Source: Octopus vulgaris (taxonomy: Eukaryota). Taken from it: a DNA stretch of 64,000 nt. A program made the translations under genes and the position numbers. Shown piece after piece: positions 53,556 to 64,000 of this stretch (positions within the stretch are counted from its first letter, which is position 1; the number at the start of each line of letters is the position of its first letter). Location: contig OX597817.1 of the NCBI GenBank assembly GCA_951406725.2, forward strand, positions 164,920,001-164,984,000, read 5' to 3'. The notes under the pieces are model-generated. The model was not told the origin of the DNA. It was given only the letters and a program-made list of their open reading frames with translations, and searched no databases.

Positions 53556-55943
53556 TACATCCACACAGCAATGCATGCTACCGTTTAGGAAACTCTTGAG
53601 ACTAAATAAAAACATCCCGATGCCAGTATGAAAATATACAAAGGGCCCAAACAACACAACAATTAAATATACTTTATTAGAACATAGGTGGTGCTGTAGA
53701 TGTATATTTAGCTTCCAAATAGATGGAAAGGATAAAGATGTGTAGAAAAATGAAGACACGATAATTGGATCTTGTCTGAAAGTATGTTAACTGTCTTTGC
53801 ATATACACATCCACAAAGGGCTGCATGCCTGCAACGCGTGCACATATGGCTATACGATAATATAGTAACTACATATCCACCTATAAACACAAACATACAC
53901 GTATCGTTATATATGCAAAAACACATGCACGTACATAGATACGTACTCAAACGTCCACGCGAACACTCATGAACAATCAAAGACGGCAACTTCAAACAAA
54001 TAGAATAACGTACCTTTGAAAAAACAAGCAATAATTGCCAAATTATCAACAATGTAGTTGAGGGAAATATCTCTAGGGATCATGCTGGATACTAAATAGA
54101 AATAAGGTAGGGTCTCCCTTATGAAATACAGGGTACACAAAAACATCAATCAAGTGAGATTTTCAAAACAATTAGTAGATAAAAACTCCTTCTTGTTGTG
54201 TTTAAATTCTAAAACAATAAACGAACGCGATAACGGCAAAAAGATAAGTTGGATGAAATGTTTGGACAATATAAGACAATGCTGTTTGGAATAAATACAT
54301 CCTTTGAAACTAACTGATGAAATTCAGGAACATGTTCCCGTGTTATTACACCTCATCAGTGAAGTATATTCTACTCAGTTGGTAGAAAAGGAGCAGGAGC
54401 AACAGAGGGAAATAAAGAGGATGTAGTGATACAGATTATGAATATTTAGTTCAGTTGAAGAAAAACGGTTTTGGTGAGCCTTTCGTGTATTAAACACCAA
54501 CATTTTAGTGTCTCAACGATGTAAACTAGTAAAAACTCTCCACAAGCTTACGTACACTTCTACACACATACAGATATACACACACAGACACAAACGCACC
54601 CGCCCGCACACACACACACACACACACACACACGTTGCGCGCGCGCGCACACACACACATATATGCGTGTTTGTATACAACAAGCAAATATTGCACATAT
54701 AGGATACCTATTTCTTTACTACCCACAAGGGGCTAAACACAGAGGGGACAAACAAGGACAGACAAACGGATTAAGTCGATTATATCGACCCCAGTGCGTA
54801 ACTGGTACTTATTTAATCGACCCCGAAAGGGTGAAAGGCAAAGTGAACCTCACCTTTCCTCCTTTCGGGGTCGATTAAATAAGTACCAGTTACGCACTGG
54901 GGTCGATATAATCGACTTAATCCGTTTGTCTGTCCTTGTTTGTCCCCTCTGTGTTTAGCCCCTTATGTTAAATAGTCAGATGTTTGAAAAATACTTCCAT
55001 CAACCGAGATTATCTAAACAATTAGTTGACAAAAACGCCCTCATGTGATGTTTAAAATCTTAAAACAATAAACAGCAGAAACAACTCTAGTAACTAAACA
55101 CTTAGAGTTCTATACAGTACAAAATATATACGAGATTAAAATAGAATATCTACACAGTCGCTCGATAAGCTAGTAATAACAGACAACAATCATATCAGGA
55201 ATTCTAGATGAAGGATGCTTCAAAGAGGGTGGAGCTGGCAGAAACGTTAGCACGCCGGGTGAAATGCTTAGCGTTATTTCGTCTGCCGCTACGTTCTGAG
55301 TTCAAATTCCGCCGAGGTCAACTTTGCCTTTCATCCTTTCGAGGTCGATTAAATAAGCACCAGTTACGCACTGGAGTCGATATAATCGACTTAATCCGTT
55401 TGTCTATCTATGTGTAGCCCCTTGTGGGCAGTAAAGAAATAAGTAAAGAAATAAGACTGAAGCAGTTTTATTAAAATATCTGATAATAAAAAAAGGCTCA
55501 TATTAGCTAAGCAATAATCAATAATGATCAAATATATGCTATACCGGTTTCTGCTCTTCTGAATTAGCATCTCTCCTATCATCTATATTCACGCATATCC
55601 ATATATCTATTTTCTTTTTCTTTTTTTTTTTTTGTGTGTGTGACTTTTGCATTACAGAACTGTAACAACCACCTAAAATTTCCAACTTCATCAAACTGTG
55701 TCTGTGTTTGTCCTCCCAACATCGCTTGACAACCGATGCTGGTGTGTTCATGTCCCTGTAACTTAGCGGTTCGGCGAAAGAGACCGATAGAATAAGTACT
55801 AGGCTTACAAAGAATAAGTCCTGGGGTCGATTTGCTCGACTAAATGCGGTGCTCCAGCATGGCCGCAGTCAAATGACTGAAACAAGTAAAAGACTAAAAG
55901 AGTAAACTACAAAATTCAAGCTGACCACCAACCACACCAGTCA

Positions 55944-55976
<33 letters not shown>

Positions 55977-56073
55977 TTTTTTTTCTTTTCTTTTCTCTGT
56001 AATTAACGTATCTGGTACACGTAGACGTGGCTATATCAGCAGAGAAGCAGTTATAGAGTTCCCTCATTGCTGA

Positions 56074-56172
<99 letters not shown>

Positions 56173-57055
56173 CAATATATACAGATAAATAGATATAGTG
56201 AAGGCTCAGGGCTCAGTGGTTAGGGTGTTGCCCTCACGATTGTGGGATCGTTGGTTCGATTTCCAGACCGGGCGTTGCATTGTGTTCTTGAGCAAAGCAC
56301 TTCATCTCACGTTGCTCTACGATCATTTCGTCATCTGATATATGGCACGTTATACACCTGTGCAGCTGTGAGCTTATGTGAACACAACATTTGATGACTA
56401 TAAACAAATCATCTGTGTGGATGTTCCGCAGGCAATTACAGAACCCTCATACGTCATCGAACGACGGGTGACTACTTCATGAATATATATGTACATACTT
56501 CTAATATCAGGATGAAATTTTTCAAAAAAAGCTTTATCAGTGGCCAACATATTCTTTTCTACTCTAGGCACAAAGCCCGAAATTTTGGGGGAATGGGCCA
56601 GTCGATTAGATCAACTCCAGTACGCAACTGGTACTTAATTTATCGAGCCCGAAAGGATGAAAGCAAAGTCGACCTCGGCGGAATTTGAACTCAGAACTTA
56701 AAGATAGACGAAATACCTATTTCTTTACTACCCACAGAGAGGACAAACAAGGACAGACAAACGAATTAAGTCGATTATATCGACCCCAGAGCGTACTTAT
56801 TTAATCGACCCCGAAAGGATGAAAAGCAAAGTCGATCTCGGCGGAATTTGAACTCAGAACGTAGCGGCAAACGAAATACGGCTACGCATTTCGCCCGGCG
56901 ATTCTGCCAGCTCGCCGCCTTGTCAGTGGCTAACATATTAGAATACCTTTTAAGGTGAAAATAACAAACAATAGACCTTAAATCGTTTATGTGGTTAGAA
57001 GATTTAAAGGTCTATTTTTCAGCATATTGGCATAGAATTTATTTTTTTCTTTTGC

Positions 57056-57095
<40 letters not shown>

Positions 57096-57257
57096 CGGAG
57101 ATGTACTTGCACAACAAGTGATCTGGTATGAGATCATGTGCTGGAACGAAAACAATTGCAGCGTGGAAGGTGTTTGTAAGCCATTTAAGAAACCCACAAA
57201 AACCGTTAGCTTCACTTCAACATTTAAATTTAATTTGTCAAAATATTTTCGTCGCTG

Positions 57258-57796
57258 ACGTTACGTTCCGAGTTCAAATTCCGCCGAGGTCGACTTTGCC
57301 TTTCATCCTTTCGGGGTAGATAAATTAAGTACCAGTTACGTACTGGCGTCGATGTAATCGACTTAATCCATTTGTCTGTCCTTGTTTGTCCCTTCTGTGT
57401 GTAGCCTCTTGTGGGCAGTAAAGAAATAGGTATTTCGTCTGCCGTTACGTTCCGAGTTCAAATTCCGCCGAGGTCGACTTTGCCTTTCATCCTTTCGGGG
57501 TAGATAAATTAAGTACCAGTTACGTACTGGCGTCGATGTAATCGACTTAATCCCTTTGTCTGCCCTTGTTTGTCCCCTCTGTGTGTAGCCCCTTGTGGGT
57601 AGTAAAGAAATAGGTATTTCGTCTGCCGTTACGTTCCGAGTTCAAATTCCGCCGAGGTCGACTTTGCCTTTCATCCTTTCGGGGTAGATAAATTAAGTAC
57701 CAGTTACGCACTGGGGTCGATGTAATCGACTTAATCCGTTTGTCTGTCCTTGTTTGTCCCCTCTGTGTTAAGCCCCTTGTGGGCAATAAAGAAATA
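57258..57796 (+). mobile_element. SINE family B trimer (headless)
   Basis: Three ~184-bp units joined by aaagaaata|ggtatttcgtctg. Confidence 0.88.
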
Positions 57797-58683
57797 TATA
57801 ACTCCCTTCCTCCCGCTTTCTCCCTCTACCCTTTCTACCCTTTCTCTCCTTCTCTGTCTCTTCCACCTTCTTCTATTGTTCACACGCACATACACACACG
57901 CACGCACATGCAAACACACACATACACACACGCATGCACACACACATACGTACATACACACACACACACACACTCTGTCTCTCTCTTTTTCATACACACA
58001 GACGCATACATGTCTGCCATTCGGGAATCCCTCATGCATTATCAGACGCACACACATGCACACACATGCATACGCACACGCACACACATACATGCACATA
58101 CACACGGACACACATACACACACACATTTCTGTCTGTATCTCTCTTTCTCACACACACACACACACAGATGCATACATGTCCGTCACACATTCATTAGCA
58201 GACATACACACGCACAAACACACACGCACGAACACACACACAGACTCACACACAAACACACACGTGCACACACACAGACAAACATTCTCCCACTTTCTCT
58301 CTCTCACACACACACACACTCAGACTCTCTTTCTCTCACACACATACACACATATACTCCGACTCTTTCTCACACTCTCTGACACACAAACACACACACA
58401 CACACACACACATACACGCGCGCGCATACACACATACACGCACTCATCGACAAACACTCAGCAGAGCAGAAAAACAGGCACACGTGCCAAATTGTCGCTA
58501 GATGGCGTGACGTAGTGACGTAGATTATCTATATGAGATAATAATCTTGCCCCAATCTGTAAGTATGCGTAGAGACATAGATAACTAACTGGGACTCGCA
58601 CTCGTCAAATTTTTTAGGAACGCTGTATAGTATATACATGATCGGGGAATAATATATAGGCATACGTACACACACTTATTAGG

Positions 58684-58761
<78 letters not shown>

Positions 58762-58788
58762 GTATATATATATATGTATATATATATG

Positions 58789-58890
<102 letters not shown>

Positions 58891-58953
58891 GTATATATAT
58901 ATATGTATATATATATATGTATATATATATGTATATATATATATATGTATATA

Positions 58954-58996
<43 letters not shown>

Positions 58997-59122
58997 CTAC
59001 ATGAGTGAATGTATATAAAAAGTAAATACAGTGCAAGTAGGATGTATATGATGGTTATATATTCATCTATATGGTGGATTTGTTTGTTGATTTGCGTGTG
59101 AGTGTGTGTGCACGTTTAAATG

Positions 59123-59176
<54 letters not shown>

Positions 59177-59294
59177 CGTTGATATGTATGTACGTATGCA
59201 TGTATGTATGTATGTATGTATGTATGTATGTATGTATGTATGTATGTATGTATGTATGTATGTATATATACATATATATATAATACAATATATA

Positions 59295-59397
<103 letters not shown>

Positions 59398-59562
59398 TAT
59401 ATATATATATATGGAGAGAGAGAGAGAGAGAGAATTATTGTTATATATGTGTGTGAGAGAGTGAGAGAATGTGTGATGAGGTTAAGAGAAAGATATGAAA
59501 CACAGATACACACACACGCACACACATACACACATATGCATCCATCCATATATATATGTATA

Positions 59563-59944
59563 TCTCTCTCTATATAAATGGCAGTTTGTCTGTGCGTTTT
59601 CTGTGTGTCTGTTTTCTCGTACCCTCACCCTGACCACGGCTTTCAACCGATTCTGATGAAACTTGACACACACATAGCCCAATGTCATAATTCAAAACTA
59701 ACGCAGCGAAAATTTTGAAAAGTTCCCCCAGTTCTGAAAAAATCGATAAATTCGACATGGGGTCGAGAATCAGAAACACAAACCACAGACCGTCTAGGGG
59801 ACGCAACTCCACCTTTTTTAACTCTCAAAAAAATTCACCATCATTTTCTTCCCATTTTTTTGCTATTTTTTGGCTATAACTCTCTAAAAATGCTTTATAG
59901 TTATTTCCCTTACAAACCTGAGCAACGCCGGGCGATACTGCTAG
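59563..59944 (+). mobile_element. Non-autonomous Helitron (382 bp)
   Basis: A|TC 5' end, subterminal GC-rich hairpin, CTAG|T 3' end. Confidence 0.85.
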
Positions 59945-60013
59945 TATACTTATATATATCCATATATATATTTATATATATACATATATATATAATATGC
60001 ATATATGTATATA

Positions 60014-60048
<35 letters not shown>

Positions 60049-60137
60049 CACATGCATACGTACATATATATACATACATATGCATACGTTTATATACATA
60101 TATATATATGTATATGTATACATACATATAAATATGC

Positions 60138-60182
<45 letters not shown>

Positions 60183-60249
60183 TACGTATATACATAAATA
60201 CGTAAAAAGAGATTAAGAGACAGAGCAAGAGAGAGAGAGAGAGAGAGAG

Positions 60250-60281
<32 letters not shown>

Positions 60282-60943
60282 ACGAGGAGGGAGAGAGAAA
60301 CAAAGGGAGATTGAAAAAATTAGCCCAAAATTTCCATCCCTCCATCATGGCGTTGATTACGACGGGGGTCTATAATTAATATTTTTGTGTTGTTGTTGCT
60401 ATTGTTGTCGTTGAAATTGTTTCTGGCAGTGGAATAAGAGGTGTTGTTGTTGCTGATGTTGGAGGCGTTGATGGAGATAAACATGATGACGATTATGATG
60501 ATGCTGATGATGATGAGGGTGATGGTAATGGTGGTGGTGGTGGTGGTAGTTGTTTTTTTCCGAGGTGGTGGGAGGCGAGGATAAGGAGTGGGTGGAGAAA
60601 ATGTAGGTGGAACATGTCGGGGTGGGGGAGAGGGTAACGGTTCCAGTGGAGATGCAGACTGTCTGATGTAGACAGGAAAGCAATGAATAGATAAATGTTA
60701 GGAATATGTATGAATGAAAAATGAAGAAAAAAATATGGCTAATCAGATAAAAACTGATGTGAGAGGGGCACGGGCGGCAAGCGGGAAACACAGGGTAGTG
60801 TCGGCTTAATAACCAAGGGAAATATTAGTCAACGGTTTAGTATATATACATACATACATGAGAGTGTGTGTGTGTATGTGTGTTTATGTATATATTTATA
60901 TATATTACATGTACATGTATATACATATATACATATATATATG

Positions 60944-61031
<88 letters not shown>

Positions 61032-61254
61032 CCAGAGTAAGCAAATAAATGCGAAACACAGTGGAAAAAATAGTACTCGATTACCAGAGGTAGAGTAATA
61101 AGTTTTATTAAAAAGCAGCAAAAATATCAAACTATCGTCGGACAGTTTGTTTAGATTCTAAGCAAAACTCTCCAACTGATGGGGACGTGATACTCTAAAT
61201 AACAGTTTATTGTGATATTTTTGCTGCTTTTTAATAAAGTATATACATATAGTC

Positions 61255-61971
61255 GTTACAAAAGAAAAAAATATTGTTACAGGATACTGCATTGAGTCCG
61301 TGTCGGGTAACTCATTCCAATATTAATAAAAAAAGAATACGAAAGATGAAATATTTTTATATATAAAAGAGAAGTTGTGTGTCTGTCTGCTACGATTTAG
61401 ATTCCTAACTACTCCCACATTTTGCGGTGCAGTTTAACCAAAACCGGGTATCTTATAGTCGCGATTCATATCGAGCCCTTCTGGGTATTAGCGCGCGTCT
61501 ACGATGAGTCTACGATTAAAAAAAAAAATTACCATCATTTTTTCCCATTTTAATGCATTTTTTCGCTATTAGATAAGGTAAGTAACTCTCTAAAAATGTC
61601 TACGATGAGTCAACGATTTTAAAAAAAAATTTATCATAATTTTTTTCCATTTTTAATGCATTTTTTTGCTATTTTTTGGCTATAACTCTCTAAAAATGCT
61701 TATATAGTTATTTCCCTTACAAACCCGAGCAACGCCGGGCGATACTGCTAGTAAAATATAAAAACATTGTTATGTAGTGCTGAGTCTAGTTATGTGAGAA
61801 CTACAACAAGTTTTAGTTCTTACACAACTAGACTCAGCACTACATAATCATGTTTTTATATTTTATATTTCATCTTTCACATTCTTTTTGTTAATAATAT
61901 CCGAATGAGTTATCCGACACGGACTCAATGCAGTATCCTGTAACAATATATTTTTTTTCTTCTATTACAAC
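61255..61971. mobile_element. Foldback (palindromic MITE) interrupted by a Helitron
   Basis: Left arm 61255-61353 plus 61752-61805 is complementary to right arm ~61813-61971. Confidence 0.8.
61354..61751 (+). mobile_element. Non-autonomous Helitron variant sharing the 3' ~95 bp
   Basis: Same 3' end (...cccgagcaacgccgggcgatactgCTAG|T) but a different 5' and internal part; inserted at A|T. Confidence 0.85.
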
Positions 61972-62205
61972 TTTTCTGACGTTTCCTTCATTTTTTGCAC
62001 TGACGCGAATGGTAATATATAATTAAATTAATTATAATTAATTGTTTCTTGAGTTTATATAGGACTGTGTTCTATAAATGGTCATAAACCCGAAGTTTCT
62101 ATCTTTAAAAACAAGGAGTTACAACCTCTTGTGTGATTTTTTGCTACCCTGGTAAGAATTTATCTATTTTTTCCGTGTTAATTGTTAACAAGGGAAAATA
62201 CACTC

Positions 62206-62295
<90 letters not shown>

Positions 62296-62966
62296 AGAAA
62301 ATGGTAAGACAAGAAAAGAATAAAAGAGACCTCGATATTATGTAAATAGAAGAATTTATCTGTAAATGTGATATGTGACAATTATTCGGTTGCCATGATA
62401 AAACTCCGAGTTTTGGATGTCGGGGTGGAAATCCACAACGGCATCTCTTCAGTTATTGGGCCACGAAAAAAATGCTATGAAAATGACCGTTAAACAAAAG
62501 GAAATTACTGTGTGATTGACCGTTAAGACAAAAGAGCTATTAGAATGACCGCTAAGTAAGGTAAAGGAGTAAAAATGTTCATAGCAATCGCATAAGCACG
62601 CATGTCCATACATACACATGTGCGCCCGAACATCCACGTACATGTGCCCATGTGTATATACTCATCCACCCTCACTTAAAACACACACATGCTCACCCAC
62701 ACATTTGCCCCAAAATACATACATATATATATATATATATATAAATGTATATTTACAATATATATACGTATGTATGTATATAATGTATATTTACAACATA
62801 TATACGTATGTATGTATATATATGTATATATATATAAATGCATATTTATATATATATATATATACATATATATATACATGTATGTGTATATATACAAATA
62901 TATATATATATAAATACATATATACACATATACATGTATATCTAACTCTATGTATGTATATATACT

Positions 62967-63357
62967 TTTAAAAAGCGTTTCACTTAGCTTCACATGACTT
63001 ACAGTTTCGTGGGTGCGTGGACAGGTTCATCTCATTAGATACTAGGAACAGAGTGAGGAACTTTTTGCGAGACATTCAAGATGGCCTCTATTGGTCAGTT
63101 CAGTTCACGTTGTATTAGTGTTATGAAAGTGACACCAGCTATTTTATTTGCCGTCTAAGTGGCACCAGCATCCTGCCAACATCCGGTCCAAACGCGTGAC
63201 CTGAGCTGAAGGACAGAAGCCTAACACACTGAAGCTATCTAGAATTTCTCTTTAACAAAAATCTCTCAATCTGCTCCTATGATCTGATGAGATAAGCATG
63301 CCAAACGCGCCCACGAAACTCTCAGTCATGCTGAGGGGAGTCAAGCTGTTATTAGAA
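62967..63357. mobile_element. Old MITE with ~95-bp degenerate TIRs
   Basis: catgact.a.agtttcgtggg.gcgt...atctcat.agat (from 62993) is approximately the reverse complement of ~63240-63330. Confidence 0.6.
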
Positions 63358-63396
63358 TTATGCACAATTCCTACCAAATGCTGAGTGTTTCTCATT

Positions 63397-63437
<41 letters not shown>

Positions 63438-63689
63438 GGATTTGTATGATTGTGTATAGAGGGATATATATTATTCAAAGGAATTCCAACTCTGTTTTTT
63501 ATGTTTTATTTATATTCTTATAATATTAATGTAGAATATGGAATATATAGTATAAAAAGTATATATAGTATAATGAAATGAAGTATTGATTGTCTTATTG
63601 AAGAGATGAAATAGTGAATATCAAATATTAAGGGACTAGTATGCTTTCTTGCATTAAAGCAGTCTTCAAGGTCCCAGGTTGTGACAGGA

Positions 63690-63761
<72 letters not shown>

Positions 63762-63764
<3 letters not shown>

Positions 63765-64000
63765 AAGGTAAACGACGTGCAGACTGGATACACTGGCCCA
63801 GGAAAAATTGCAATCCCTGAGTCAAAATCAGTGCGTGACCTAGGCATTGACATGAGCAATGATGCATCTTTCCAAGTGCATATTACTAATCTGGTGATAA
63901 AATGCAGACGGCTAGCTGGATGGATTCTCCGAACTTTCAGAACAAGAGAGAAGGAGACACTGATGTTCCTCTGGAAAACATTCGTCCTCAACCGCTTGGA
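63762..64000 (+). mobile_element. CR1/L2-group LINE RT fragment starting at (TA)n, running off the window
   Basis: VRDLGIDMSNDASFQVHITNLVIKCRRLAGWILRTFRTREKETLMFLWKTFVLNRL. Confidence 0.8.

Noticed and set aside
54300-54365. Hammerhead ribozyme (minus strand ctgatgag-gtgt-aata-acac-gggaac)
   Set aside because: The GAAA core is altered and stems I and III could not be formed.
60399-60791. His/Gln-rich minus-strand ORF as an upstream GATA exon
   Set aside because: It is low-complexity, ends in a stop codon, and has no evident in-frame donor or conserved motif.

Overview
This is eukaryotic, AT-rich, repeat-dense DNA. The SINE and microsatellite landscape resembles a coleoid cephalopod such as Octopus (inference; no search was run). 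Two convergent protein-coding genes can be rebuilt from splice sites. (1) A + strand class C GPCR (Venus flytrap, cysteine-rich domain and 7TM; mGluR/CaSR/T1R superfamily) has 7 identifiable coding exons over ~2.1-35.7 kb; its 5' end is unresolved. (2) A - strand GATA4/5/6-type transcription factor contributes its last three coding exons (C-finger, basic region, polyQ tail; 48.2-52.3 kb). Most other sequence is mobile or repeated DNA: a (TAA)n-linked chain of Dong/R4-like RLE retrotransposons, Tc1/mariner relics, Penelope and CR1-like fragments, non-autonomous Helitrons, MITEs and foldbacks, tRNA-derived SINEs (one forming a 222-bp tandem array), a 3.5-kb palindromic satellite and many microsatellites. 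The most interesting signal is in the receptor: both cysteines of the VFT-CRD inter-domain disulfide appear replaced, by Lys and Glu, and the glutamate-selectivity Arg is lost. Also notable are a SINE that repeatedly inserts into its own family and a satellite fragment captured inside a LINE.
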